Below, piece by piece: positions 22,920 through 37,200 of a stretch of DNA of 64,000 bases. The stretch's first letter is position 1; each line of letters starts with the position of its first letter. The stretch comes from Paraphysomonas bandaiensis. Its lineage: Eukaryota; Protista; Chrysophyceae. The translations under genes were made by a program, and so were the position numbers. The stretch is taken from contig CBFFRP010000292.1 of assembly GCA_965644295.1 (NCBI GenBank), positions 1 through 64,000 of the forward strand. Direction: 5' to 3'. The notes below the pieces were generated by a model. It did no database searches. It saw only the letters and a program-made list of their open reading frames with translations, and was not told the DNA's origin.

Positions 22920-24561
22920 GACTATAATAACTCCTCGTTAATAGACTATATAATGTCTGAATACTTAATAGTGTTAAGTTAAGTACTTGTGCTCCAAACA
23001 CACTATCAACAAGTTGCAATAGGGAGAACCACAGCACTCTTTTATATCTTCAGCAGTCATCTAATAGAAACTGAAAAGAGTATGGATATGTATGTTTGGA
23101 CACTCAAAACTGAAAACTGAAAAGGATAAAAAACAGTGTTTTATTTCATATAGGCATAAAACTAGGGATTTTATTGTGGTGTTTTCCTCTAATCTGATAC
23201 ACTTTTCCAGAAATAACCTCAAGATTTATAGCAGCATATGTACCAGTGTACAGTGTGTGGGGATATCGTACACTGTGTCCCTTTCCTATGCTGACTATCG
23301 TCCTAGCTAAGACAGCACCTCTCTATGCAATATAAGAGTCATAGTTATTAATCTAGCGAACAATTGGCAGTACAGTATATAGTAACATGACACAAACGGA
23401 TGCAGTTTGCTGCTCAATTTTTCTTGACCATTGATACGGGCGTATACAGTGTCCAGATTATAACAGTTGCAATGCAGAGCGACTATGTGTGGTCCTCTTA
23501 GTAAAGGTCATCCTGAATGAAGTCTTTCCGCTGTTGACTATCGTTTGCGGGGAGCTAATCAGGGCTGAGGAACCATATATTGTCATTGTAAGGTAGTGTC
23601 CCATCAACATATTGCAATATATTAGTATCACTAATCAGCAGCTATATACAGGTTTATATTCTAACTTTAGTACAAATCATTAAGATCTACGCTGCTACAC
23701 TAAGACTACCTACACCTTAGCTAATCAAAATTTTCTTCATACTCATGCTCAATATAGATTTAAATGAAGAAATTGGTATGCTTCGTAAACACTATAAAAT
23801 AATTGCATCTTTACATTAATGTGATGAATGTGATATATCGTAGTCGCATGAGGCTTCATGTCATCATTATCACACGCAGGTACAACACGCTTAACCTCTG
23901 TCAGTGCAACCGGGTCGAACGCTGTGTGTATAATACGAAGCACGTGATACAAACCCTAAAATCACCTTCAGAATTAGGTTTACCTTTTAAACTCTCCAGT
24001 AAACTTCTTGGTGCATCGTTGCGGATGCGGAGTCCTGCTTGTGAAACTATATCACTTGCGCTGGCAATATTATGCCCTTCAACATTAGACGAACGATGGA
24101 AGGTTCTCCGATCTCTCTGATTTTGAAGGGTGAGTCATCATTGCTTGTGGATTCACTAATATGGTGTAGTATGTTGTAAAATCACTTTGAGCTTTGAAGT
24201 GACTGTCAATATGCCAACGTCATAATTAATATAGAAGATAATTTAAGTTGAATATCTTTATTTCTCCTGTACTAATATGAGCGTTCTGTTGAACCCAATT
24301 CAAGCAAAAGAAACACACGATTTGAGACAAAATGGGGATAAGTACACTGTTATATATCATTAACTCACAGCTCATAAAATAAATTACATAGAAGTGTAGT
24401 CCAATTCAGCACGCACACAACTTTGATATCCGAATCTATAACTAAACTCGCAATACAACTTCATAGATGAGCTTAAAATACCCACAAATCTAAATATACA
24501 GCAAACCAAACTAGACGCCATTCAAATCTAACTAAAGCCGAAACCACTTAATAGAGCAGTG

Positions 24562-27500
24562 CTATGACGAGGAAAAAAAGCTCGACACCATATCATCCGG
24601 TACACCATCCGCTGCCATCTTTTGTCGGATAGCTCCCTCAGGTAAATTCATACGCTGCATACGAGCATACTTCTCCATCTCTGGTGGCAGACCAGATGAA
24701 GCACCCGGTGGTGGGGGGGGAGGCCCTGGTGGTCCCGGCGGCTTGGGTGGTGCTGGTTGAGATACTGGAGGTGGAGCAGGACTTGAGCCACAATCACCCA
24801 TTGCAAAAAAACTAGACACCATATCATCCGGTACACCATCCGCTGCCATCTTTTGTCGGATAGCTCCCTCAGGTAAATTCATACGCTGCATACGAGCATA
24901 CTTCTCCATCTCTGGTGGCAGACCAGATGAGGCACCCGGTGGTGGTGGGGGAGGCCCTGGTGGCCCTGGTGGTCCCGGCGGCTTGGGTGGTGCTGGTTGA
25001 GATACTGGAGGTGGAGCAGGACTTGAGCCACAATCACCCATTGCAAAAAAACTAGACACCATATCATCCGGTACACCATCCGCTGTCATCTTTTGTCGGA
25101 TAGCTCCCTCAGGTAAATTCATACGCTGCATACGAGCATACTTCTCCATCTCTGGTGGCAGACCAGATGAAGCACCCGGTGGTGGGGGGGGAGGCCCTGG
25201 TGGCCCCGGAGGATTCGGGGGCACAGACGGCGGCCCTGGTGGTCCCGGCGGCTTGGGTGGTGCTGGTTGAGATACTGGAGGTGGAGCAGGACTTGAGCCA
25301 CAATCACCCATTGCAAAAAAACTAGACACCATATCATCCGGTACACCATCCGCTGTCATCTTTTGTCGGATAGCTCCCTCAGGTAAATTCATACGCTGCA
25401 TACGAGCATACTTCTCCATCTCTGGTGGCAGACCAGATGAAGCACCCGGTGGTGGGGGGGGAGGCCCTGGTGGCCCCGGAGGATTCGGGGGCACAGACGG
25501 CGGCCCTGGTGGTCCCGGCGGCTTGGGTGGTGCTGGTTGAGATACTGGAGGTGGAGCAGGACTTGAGCCACAATCACCCATTGCAAAAAAACTAGACACC
25601 ATATCATCCGGTACACCATCCGCTGTCATCTTTTGTCGGATAGCTCCCTCAGGTAAATTCATACGCTGCATACGAGCATACTTCTCCATTTCTGGTGGCA
25701 GACCAGATGAAGCGGTGCCAATAGTACTACTTGAGGAGAGAGTAGTACACCCACTACCCGGAGGATTCGGGGGCACAGACGGTGGTCCTGGTGGTCCCGG
25801 CGGCTTGGGTGGTGCTAGTGGAGATACTGGAGGTGGAGCAGGACTTCTGTCAAAGCCGTTCATAGAAAGATCATCTTGATCTGCTGATAACGTAGTAGTC
25901 ACAGCTGGTTGAGTATGAGGTGCTACCGTGGTGTGTGGTACTTCGCACAAGTGATTAGTTTCAATCTCAGCACCGTCAATATCGTCTGCAGGCGATGAAT
26001 TCGCATTAGGGGCTAACATATTCGGAGATGTCTTGTCGCCGTTGTTCTCATCCTTTTCTTGAGACAACGACCTTTTCTTGAGGGATAGAATTCCGGCAGG
26101 GGACATGTTTCCAGAGTGTCGAGATCTCCTCCTGATAGCAGCATGGGCGATGCTTTGTCGCTGCGAAACTGACCCCGAGTCACGAGTGTCAAGGTCCATA
26201 GATGTTGATCTCGACGCCAAGCTCGTAGTTGACACATCACTGACACTAATTTATACATAAGTATTAGAAAACTAGGTAACTGCACCTGTGCATAGGGTTG
26301 TCCATGTCTGTGGTATCGTCAATCGGGTCTTTGCTGCTATTTGCTCTGCTGCTTGAAGAAACCACTCTGCTTAGAGATTTTATTGAAAACCCTGAACTTT
26401 TTCCATCTGTGCTAGGCATATCCTCAAAATCAAACTCCGCAGTGCATCGATGAGTGACATGTGATGCATCTCCAGAATCCCCCTCACCCATAACCTTTCC
26501 CGATACTGATTTTATGATTCGACTGAAGACTGAATTAGATTCATCGGGGTGTGATACAGAATCGTCATTAGAATCCTCGTCGCAGAAATCGTCTCGAGGA
26601 TCGGTAGCACCGAAAAGCTTCGACGCTACTGCACTCGCCCCGGCAGTATGAGTAAGATTCGTTGTCTCGCTTCTAATAAGAGTTGGAGATGAACGATTAG
26701 AGGTGGCCTGCGACCCTGCTAATCGCATCGTTGAAGCACTCATCCTGCAAAGAATATTAAAGTAAAACCAAATGCAGAACATAGTGCACACAATAGTACC
26801 TCCTCTTCGCTTTTTGATCAATTGCCCCGCGTGATACGGTGGAATCAAGAGAAGCCGCAGCAGAATCATAGGATCCAACACTGCTCCTTCTCGTTGCTGT
26901 TGTGCTACGGTCAGCAAATATGAAACGCTTGCTTGTCTCCCCGCTCGACCTGCTACTATTGCTAGGCGAGTTGATGCTACGAGTGGATGAGGCACTGTCA
27001 AATATCGCTTTCATCGACTTAGGTCGTTCCCGCGGTGGGCTAGAAGAAAGCATGCTTCTTATGCTGCCAAATCTACTAGGTGGTGACGTGTGAGAAGTTT
27101 GGATACTTAGACCCTCTGACATCTTTCTTCGCAGAGATTTTTTGCTAGTTCTGTGATAAGGTGACCCGCCCAAACGCTCTACTTCTTGCCGCAAGTAATC
27201 CAATTCATGTTGTACTTCCTCTGGCATACCACTCGTGGAAGCAGCACTATTGATTTCTGACTGATGAGTCGACAAATCATGCGAGGCTAACAGTGAAGAT
27301 GCAATTACAGCAGCCAGTGAATGTGTCATTTCCATTCGCAACCTCCTTGCGGCGAATCGCTCCTCCAATCGGAGGCGCAGAGTTGCGCACCCCTCCACGA
27401 TTGGCCGGAAGTCCCTGACAGTCGTGCAAAGGGCAACAACTCTTCCCTCTGGTGGGACTCCATATGTAGCAGGAGCGAGATGGTTTGAATACAGCACCCA

Positions 27501-29315
27501 GCCTTCACCGAATATGTCATTCTCTGACACGACATCCACTACGGGAGGGGAACGTTTGAAATTTAAGTCTCCAGAAGATTCTATCGACCCCTCCAACTGT
27601 CCATTGAGGATAACACAGAATGTGTCCCATGCCAACCCGTCATATACCAGGACAGTTTCAGAAGAGAACTCCTTTATTGACATGCAAACACATATACTCT
27701 CAATGTCGGTGTCACTGAGACCCTCAAACAATGGAATCTTCCGTACCGAGCTGGCCATGTGGTTAGTGACTGACCGCTCAACTGCCCCTTTCACACTTGG
27801 TCCGGCGTTATCAATAAACCGCTGAAAGCCCTTGCTGTCCGTCTGAATCATGACTACGTCGGTGTATGCGACAACTGTGGCTGCACGTCGCTTCTGCTTG
27901 TAGAGACCTGCTTCACCAACCCAGTCGCCGCTGCGTGCAGTTTGCACCAACTCCACTTCCCCCTGTACATTTCGTTTGAAAACATTGCAGGTGCCTTCTA
28001 CTATTAAATAGAACTCATTACTTTCATCCTGTTCGCGGAATAGTGTTTCATCCGCTCGGTACAATACAGGAGTGAAGAGTTTGCTCATCTCGACAAGACT
28101 CTCGCTTGAGTGTCGCTCTAAGAGACTGTGGCAAGAAAGTACGTCCAGAACGTAGCCCTGACATAATTCTGCAAAACTACTAGAGTTCGCTCGTTGTGCA
28201 TCTTTATCGTTGTTGGGCTTAAATGTAGCAGCAAATATACCCTCCTGACATTCTTTGGTGAATACCTCCCGACGCACTTTCATATATGCTGTACCGGGAC
28301 CAACAATGAGTGTATAGGGTGAGATGCCACCAAGAATAGCACACTCGACGTCTCCTGCACAGTGTCCCAACTCTAAGGTACGTACAATGGCTTTCTTCGA
28401 TCCCTCTCCACCCCACTGCTTCCGACGGAAGACTTCCCCACGCAGTATAAAGTACACCCAATCCATGGGCATCCCTTCATGCACTAGTACCTGTCCTTCC
28501 TTCGCTAGCAATTCAAATACACATCGGTCAAGTACCTTTCGCTGTACGTCCCGACCGGATGTAGCATGATCTCCAGAGCACAATCCACGCATGCGAGAAT
28601 AAAACGCCAGCTCGCTTACGGCTGTCTGGGAAAATGGTGTTATGCAGTCCATTGGGAGGTTTCCTGTTATGGACGATACTTTCGCAACACCGCGGGCAGT
28701 TGCCACTCGACGGGACTGTTCTGATATATCTATAGAAGAAACTATATCTTTATACGTGCTGCCTTTGCCAAAAAGAAGTGAGGACTTCCGGCTGCGTGCC
28801 TGGATACGACTACGAGCCCTGGACTGCTGGGTGTTTTCAACAGGTGTAGGGGGTCCTTGTGCACGGACCACAGATTCAATACTCCCACTGCGACTGACAA
28901 TGTCTGAGCGCGACGGCTCTTCGGTGCGGCTATCACTAATTATTCGGTACGTGCCGTTTATAATATTTTGAAATCTACCCGCCCACTCATCCCTGCTGGC
29001 CAGGTCCTCAGCATACAAAATCCATGTGCGTGACGACGTCACTATATTTACAGGCCACTCTGACGGATAGCTCTCATCTTCTATATGATCCAGTACAACA
29101 TCAACTGCAGTTGACACATCAATTGCTCCTAAGGTATCAGCTTTTGACGCATCCGAATGATATGTCATAACAAATGTTTCAGGCGATAATGAGAAATAGC
29201 GCCTCTTATAAGATGCATTGCCTGTATTAGAAAAGAGACGACGGATTCTCTTCTTATCCGTATCTGTTCCTCGTGGAGCCCGTTTCCACATATATCCTTC
29301 AAATGGTTTCATCAT
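24562..29315 (-). CDS. PH domain + three cyclic-nucleotide-binding domains + proline-rich repeats with CCDC53-like motifs; exons 29315-26800, 26744-26286, 26245-24562
   Basis: PH: FEGYMWKR..YKRRYFSL..RTWILYAED...RDEW. cNMP: LFREQDESNEFYLIVEG..GDWVGEAGL..RRAATV, plus two degenerate copies. Five copies of PEMEKYARMQRMNLPEGAIRQKM(T/A)ADGV. Confidence 0.85.
24565..25860 (-). repeat. Coding tandem repeats of 231-270 bp (5 units)
   Basis: GACACCATATCATCCGGTACACCATCCGCTG recurs at spacings of ~231, 240, 270 and 270 bp. Confidence 0.95.
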
Positions 29316-30155
29316 ATCTATCCCGATAACACCACTGGTGGTCCCTGTATGCGTGTGTAGGTATAATTAGAAGACACTATCGTGACATATCGCCACACTG
29401 TTATATATACTAATACAGTATACTGATATAAGCCAATGAACTCTAGCTATCACTGTGAGGTATTTTAATACCACAATAATGGGTGATAGTATATGATGAG
29501 TGTGTAGATCTTGTTCATGGAGATAGCCACGGCAGTGATCAGTATATACATACACACTGTACATACATACATACATACATATGTATGTGTTATAGCTAGA
29601 GCGAGAGATACAGTTGTATGTACTGCTGTATATGTATATATAGAGGGTTTTCGAGAGATATCGTAATAATTTGATTTTCATATAGAAAAACTGGCAGAAA
29701 ACATAACGATTACATAAAAATAGGCTATCATAAAGAAAATGGTAGAAATACAGAGCTGAAAATTAGAACCCTTAAAGATACTGCGTGGTGCTTCTACAAA
29801 TCTGATTTCATTCCAAAGTATACATATATACGCATATATACACATATATACGGTACACATACATATCTTCGCGAAAAAATATTCCACCAAAATTTTCCTT
29901 TATGTATATACATGTATGTATACGTACTGCCTACATACCATCTGTGCATATGAACCATACTGGATATATATATGCACTGTATGTATGGTATGTCTATGTA
30001 TGTACGCATGTATGTGTGTGTCTGTCTAAAGTGTTGTGCGGTGTGTTAGTATACATACATATAGAGATCATTGTATATTAAGTGCCGGGTATCTACACCC
30101 ATATACAAACAAGCAACAGTTCATCTATAATTAAATTAATAATTTTCTACATAAC

Positions 30156-32563
30156 ATGGAGGCAACACATGTGACACCAAGCTCAGAGAATGGTTCTAAT
30201 GGTGGAATATCTCCTGTCAGGGGTCGTCGAGGAATACCACGATTATCTGTTAATCACAGCCGTAAATCCACTACGATTGGTCAAAGCAGCAGTTCAATAG
30301 CATCTTCTAGTCCATCCACTAGTATGAGCATGACATCTTCACCGAGTGAACCTATAGATAGTGCACGTGATTCATTGACAAGTGACTTAACACCTCAGAA
30401 GGTACTCACTCGTCGTGAACAAGTTATGCGACAGAGAGAACTTCGATTGCAACAAGAACAAGAAAATTTGACATTTAAGCCGAATACTGCCAGCACGCAG
30501 CGAGGCCGTGAGAGAACAGTTACATCTTCTAATGTTAACCGCTTTGACCGTTTGTACACTGAAGCCAAAGCCCGCCAAGAAAAGGGTAAAAATAAAAAGG
30601 ATGAAACTCCCTCATTCAAACCAACGATAACTGCATTGGGACAATCGAAGCAGCGCTCTAAGACTCCGGAAGGAACCGCATCCATTTTATATAACACGAC
30701 TGGCGCTGGGCGTCGCAGAAGCGAAGTAAAAGACGACAAGTGTACATTTAATCCAACAATTTCTAAACGCGGTAAATCACTAGAACGCAGTCGAGATGTG
30801 TCTCCCAGTACACGTCTCTATTCCCAAGCCCAGCTCGCGCAGATGAAGCTTGCGAAGAAGAAAGAAGAGCGCTCCAACGATGATATAAAGGAGTGTACTT
30901 TCACTCCACAGACCAACAAATCACGCAGTGCCTCTGCATCACGAGCTGGCAAAGAACTGGTCAGTGACGTCATGTCCCGCATGGAAAAGTATAACCTACA
31001 GAGGGAAAAGAAACTGGAGCAGTTGCGACTGCAAAAAGAAGCTGAAGATGCTCAGGTCACTACATTTAAACCGACTTCCTACACGAAGCAGAAGTCTCGC
31101 TCATCCTCCAGAGAACGAGGTGAACTTGACGTGTTCAGTCGACTTCACAGTGGAGTGAAAAAACCATCCGAGGCAGCAGAGCAAGAGTGGGAGAAAGAGC
31201 ATACTTTCCATCCAACTCTGGTTACTAATAGAGCTCCCTCGGTAAGTTCGTTATTTCATACTACTGTGTAATGTTTTAATTTTTGTCGTGCTTTTCCTGT
31301 AGCCTATGCCTGGAGATGAAGGATTCAGTAGTGTTCATGATCGGCTATATGTGAGAGGTACTCAGCGCAAGAAGGAACTAGAGCAACAGGTATGGTATTC
31401 TTTTATACAGGTGTTGTATTTTATATTTTTATAGAAAGAAGAGCTTCGTAAAGAACTAGAGAAGGAATTAACGTTCTCCCCTCAAGTAAGTTTATCACTT
31501 TGCTGTGCATTTATATGCTGTGGTAACATTGGGTGATTATTTTTCTCTGTTGATTTTGTAAATACAATGATTTACATTTACTACAGGTAACTCGTCGTGA
31601 GGAGAATGGCGATGATATGAAGGGCCCAGTTTTTGAACGACTGTCGGCCAGTCGACAATACGTACATGAGATACTGACGCAGATTAAATCTGAGTTCGAA
31701 ATGGATGAATGCACATTTAGGCCTACTATAAATTCTACATCGGAGACACTGGCGAGGTATGCATCACACTCTACAACATTGATTTTAACACGTACAAACT
31801 AGTATGAATTAGTGGTAGTTGTGACACAAATTCTTTGAGCTCATGTTTGTACTTTATCAACAGGCAGACGAATTCCGCTCAGCCTATCCATTTGCGCCTA
31901 TCATCAGAAGCTGAAAAACTACGTCAAGAAAATGAAAAGCGTCGTTTGCAAAAAGAAGCGGAGGAAGCCAAAGCATGCACTTTCACCCCTGAACTTAGGA
32001 ACGCATTCACACACCATGTCGATGGAGGATATAATCGAGAACATAAAGATGTATTTGATCGTCTCTCTGTCGCTCCTAAGTCTCCCGAGGATAAAATGAG
32101 TAAGAGTGCACCGCTAGCGGCTCCGGCCACCACTTCCAAGCTTCCAAGGCGATCCAATTCATCTCCTTCAAAAACAACCCCATCCAAATCAAATCACGCG
32201 GTGCCTCACACTGCATCCAAAGCGACCAAGAAATCCGAACCGATTTTTATTTCCCGAAAATCGAGACAAGAGTCCAGTGTATCACAGAATGGTGAAAGTG
32301 GTACTGGAAGCATTACTATCGAGAATGGGGAGAAACCCAGTCTGGATGCTATGCATATGCCACCCAATGCCCCACCGAACACACCCGTGTCAGATATTTA
32401 TTCGATTGCTACTCCCACAGATGGACAGAAGTCGAACACCTCTGATGTGAAAGATAGCGTGTCATCTACGGATAAACCTATTTCCAGCCCAGGAAAGTTT
32501 TTTCCAGAGGAAAGCGGCGAGAGAGTCGGTAATGAAAATGAGGGAAATGTGGTAAAGGAGTAA
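30156..32563 (+). CDS. Hypothetical protein with (C/L)TFxP and FxRL repeats, likely cytoskeleton-associated; multi-exon
   Basis: Repeated LTFKP/CTFNP/CTFTP/HTFHP/CTFRP and FDRLY/FSRLH/FERLS motifs; GT-AG introns link the ORFs. Confidence 0.75.
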
Positions 32564-32654
32564 CCCCAATGAAGTGGGTACAAATGAACTATGGACTATT
32601 TGCGTTGAATTAACCTTCATGAAAGCTAGCCAGACTACTTGACGAATCTGATTC

Positions 32655-33534
32655 TTAATCGTGTCATTGTGTTGTGGTAGAGTGCAGTAGAAATTCAATC
32701 ATCTATCTTAATAATATCATAAGCACATTATGCGTCGTTGTTAAAGGTTTGGCTGATTATTATGCCCTAGTGATATAGATGTATCTTTATGAATGCCGGA
32801 ACATTTTTTCATTCCTTATTGATGGACTTCGGGGCAAGGTGTCCCCTATCTGCTTTAAGTAAAAATAGCTCCATTGTTAATGATCCGAATTTAGAGTATA
32901 TGGAATTGCAAAAATCCAAGCAGGCGAATAATTTTATTTGACATGATCTGAGAAAGATTCTGTTAGAATATATCTCCGTTCAGACAGTGATTACAACAAC
33001 ACAGAGGATGATGAAGCTGATGTTGGCTATGCGATTAAAATTCTTCAGCCAGCTCTAAAAATTAAGAAATGTACAGGTCTACGAGTCATGTAGTATGTAC
33101 TCCCAATACATTGGAACGTCTGTTTAGCGCAGCTAAACATATTATATCAGTGTTGCGCAAAAGTATCCATCTACTTAATATGCTGTTGTTTCTGAAAGCT
33201 ACTCGACAGTTGTGACCGGATACTAGCATACTTTAATTAATTCTGTGAATGAATATGGTGATGTTGACGTCATCGATGATGGCTCAGAGGATAAGGACGA
33301 GGTGGATTTTTATTAGCTATAAGCAGTAGTTGGTTTGGTTGTCATGTGATCTTAATGACTAATACTAAAAATGGAATCTACGGATGTGTTTACTTACCGA
33401 CTAGTCATACTAATATATTGCTATATATTGTAATCGTATTGTTGCATTACATAATTGTAATTAATCGTGTCATTGTGTTGTGGTAGAGTGCAGTAGATAT
33501 TCAATCATCTATCTTAATAATATCATAAGCACAT
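32655..33534 (+). repeat. 74-bp direct repeats (32655-32728, 33461-33534) flanking a ~730-bp insert
   Basis: TTAATCGTGTCATTGTGTTGTGGTAGAGTGCAGTAGA(A/T)ATTCAATCATCTATCTTAATAATATCATAAGCACAT occurs twice with 1 mismatch. Confidence 0.93.
32740..33320 (+). pseudogene. Degraded hAT transposase C-terminus (dimerisation domain)
   Basis: 33093-33215 reads VCTPNTLERLFSAAKHIISVLRKSIHLLNMLLFLKATRQL* (ERLFS..R..LLFLK pattern). Upstream LSKNSSIVNDPNLE also resembles stramenopile hATs; stops and frameshifts are present. Confidence 0.75.
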
Positions 33535-34109
33535 GTGTCGTTGATAGTTGTATATTGCATAATTGTATTGTTTGAGTCTGTGCATGGAACTAATGGGAGC
33601 GACGACAACAGTGATCAGAGAAGTGTTTCAAATGCAGCGGATCTTTAGGGAAGGAAGAAGGTATGCATCAAAGATACCATATCTAAATATCAACTCTCGA
33701 GCTGCTGTAGTGTACCATAGTGCACAGTGTCGATCAAAACAAAGAACACAACTGCGTTTCTGAAAGCATGGAATGGATCAAAACAAACAGCCAAGTGGCA
33801 TAACTGGCTGAGTATCAAGAGGGGGGTTTTCAACAGAGAGTCCAAAAGTCAAGATTTTCACACTCTTCTCAACCCCAAATTTCAAATTTGTACAATAAAA
33901 AAACACACATTTCCTAAAATTCTTGAAAAACTCAGGCAGCAACAGTATGTAGATCCGTATAGGGCGGAATTTCTATATGTGGGATACGTGGATACCAGTA
34001 CAGTATAATGTATACAGTATTCTGTCCTATAGCTTCCTGTTGATTGGCTCGTGTGGTGTGGTCAGGAAGCGTACAATACCACCAACACACTCTCAGCTCA
34101 TATGAACTA

Positions 34110-34143
<34 letters not shown>

Positions 34144-34238
34144 GTATACACACATCCATCCCACTTCCTATCCCATCAATCCTCCTATAGAACTCTAATC
34201 ATATCTCTCTTCATCTACCATACTCCGTACCTCTAACA

Positions 34239-37200
34239 ATGAACTCATTCCATCAAATGAAAGGCGATATACTGAAAGAGATATCCAGTGGCGTTGACTG
34301 GTCTCCAAAAGGATCAATCGATCGACCTGTACGAGAAACAGTTGATTTCATTAACTCTCTTGATGATTATGTTACGTTAAGCTCTTGTTCGGGTCGTATA
34401 AGTTGTTATCGAGATATTAAAACTAAAGGAGTTGAATGGATTATAGTCAAACACCGCACAGTATCTGTCAATGAGGTGTCTCGTGCAGTTGATGCAGTCA
34501 CTACCCAAGTGCATCAAATGGATGGAAAAGGAGATACACAAAACTCACTTATTTCACTCAAATGTGAGCCGTTTATTTTACATGTTTTATGCCGTGATGT
34601 CTCCAGTGCCACTAAGCTTTACCAAGCCGCAATGTCGAGTGGATACCGGGAATCTGGAATCGGTATAGGTGCACGTAAAACGATTGTCGCCATACGTACC
34701 ACAGCTCTGTCTCTTGAAATGCCTATTGCAATAGGGTCTAATGTACTGTTGAGCGAGGAAGGTATCCGTATAGTTGTGGAGGAATGCAATCAAAGGCTAT
34801 TGTCCAACTTTTCTAAAATTCAAAAATTTCTGACTTCATTGAAAACCTTATATTCGTGGCCATCTTGTTGCAGTCACATACAACCAATTGTTCCCCAAAA
34901 CACACTTTTTAATCGTCACAGTCATTCTAGTACACTTCTTCCAACACCTCTAAATGACTCTGCTGGAAATGGAAGTAAATCTTGTGATATACTCACCTTA
35001 GGAGGGATTGGTATGGTAACCGACGGCAAGTCATATGGACGACAAGTCAAACCTTTTATATGTGCTGCAAGTTTGACTGAAGGCTTAGAGGTACACCCCA
35101 ATGTAATTAACCCCGAGATTGAGGGCGTTGTGCATGCAGCCATGCTTACACACCGTATTAGACTTGCCAAAGATGGGACAGCGACTAATATTGACATAGT
35201 TATAATTAGTGGAGGGCGTAAGTCTCCAACTTTCCCGCTTCCTAGTATTTATTCAGTATTACAGTACAAGGAGGGAAAACTGCAACCCATAGAATTCTCT
35301 CAAACAGGGACTGACTTGCCTAGCGAACGATGGGGTCACACATTAACGATTTTCGATTCACGGAGACTAGTGATGTGCGGAGGACGGGACAGTAACCGCG
35401 TACATAGTGATGCGTACTTTCTGGAAATATCAGCCGTTGGAAATGACCAAGTATTCAATGAGTGTAGTTCTCTTATTTTTCAATGGACTAAAATACCTGA
35501 TTCCATTCTTGGTGGTGGATCACCTTCAGTGTTTTTCCATGCTGCTTGTTCCCTTGGCGATAGTGCTGTACTTATTCATGGAGGCTTGAATCAATCTAAC
35601 TTGCTAAACGGCAATCATTCTAGTCCATGCTGCACAGGTGGCAAAGTACTGACTATACAGAGTTTCTTAGGTGTTGATGACGTGGGAACCGAAAGCAGAA
35701 ATATATCCAGCGAAGATGCTGTGTTGAGTACTGCTCAAGTAATATCGCGTCTGTGCTGGTCGAATGTAGAATTCAAAAATTATAACGACACGAATCGCTT
35801 TGGGCATACGTTGACTTATATTGGTTCAAAGACTGTTGTAGCTGTTGGAGGCACAAGTTTTTCAACAGATGTTTTATGCAACGATATAAATCAGGAATCA
35901 GAAAAGCAGACGTTGGAAATATGGGATGTATGCATGTCTGGACATATGTCCGACCCACCGGCTGCCCATGTTTCCGTTCGAAATATTCCTATCTCATATT
36001 CCGATGTGCTGGGAAACACTGACAGAAAATGCTCAACTTGGGCATTGCAAGTAGCATGTGGGGGGAGTAGATGTCATCACCAAACCGTGTTCGATAAATC
36101 AACGGGTCAGCTCGTTGTGGTCGGTGGCGGGGTGGAATGTATGGCATTGTTTGGAGCTATGTATTGTGATACTGTTGTCATTCGCATCGGTACGTCTTCT
36201 TATATCGGTACGACACCAGGGACTGTGAATTCTAGGAAAAATAAACTGCAGTCAACTGCAAAATCTACTGGAGCGACCTCGAAGCGAAGGAGCATTGATT
36301 CAGACACGAGGGTCAGTGCAGATGAAAGTCATGTAGCATTGCTTGTACCTAAACCCCGGGTTCGCACTGTAAAAGTATATCTGGAATCGAATAAATGGTT
36401 AGACAAAACATATCGTATATCTGCACTGGAGCATGATAATGAATCGGTCGACAAAAGCGCCGTGACGTGCACAGATTTAAGCTTGAATGATACAGATGGA
36501 GTCTCCGTCAGGCATGGGTCCCAGAATATGGAATCCTTTACCCAATGTTGTGATGAAATGATGGCAGTTCCTGTGACAGTAGACTTCTATAATATGTTCA
36601 ACTCAAAGAAAACTAAGGACGAGTTTTCTTGCGATAAGAATATATTTAAGAAGTTGTATAGCTGCCTTGTTGCACCCTTACCGCCTCCTGCACGATCAGT
36701 GAAGAAAACTAATGTTAAAGATGAGCCCCAATCACTCGAACCAACGAAATCGCCTGTATCCAGCGTAGATGTAAGTAGTTTTACAGCTGAATCATCGTTG
36801 TCCGATTGTACGACTATCTCTCTTCACTTTGTTCACCAAATATGTCGTAAATCCAAGACACAAATTGTATCAGGGCATAGTAGGGCACGGGACTATTTAA
36901 AATCTTTGGTTCCAATTGTCGGTGTAGCTATGCATACTGACACATCAGGTGAAAGTCAATTGAGCTCCTTACTGATACAGGACATTCCAAAGAAATTTGA
37001 AATGGTTGGTGATGTGCTGATGATACCTGAGGATTGTATGCTTCGCAGTGAATGGGAGCATGCTTGCCCAATGGATGAAATCTGGAGGCAGTTACTTGAC
37101 AGCTTCAATCAAAGTACAGCGTTTACTAATCGGAAACAACTGACACGCATTGCACGTAAAGCGCGGATAGACAAGGGGCCGAAGCGGGAAAGTCATGTAC

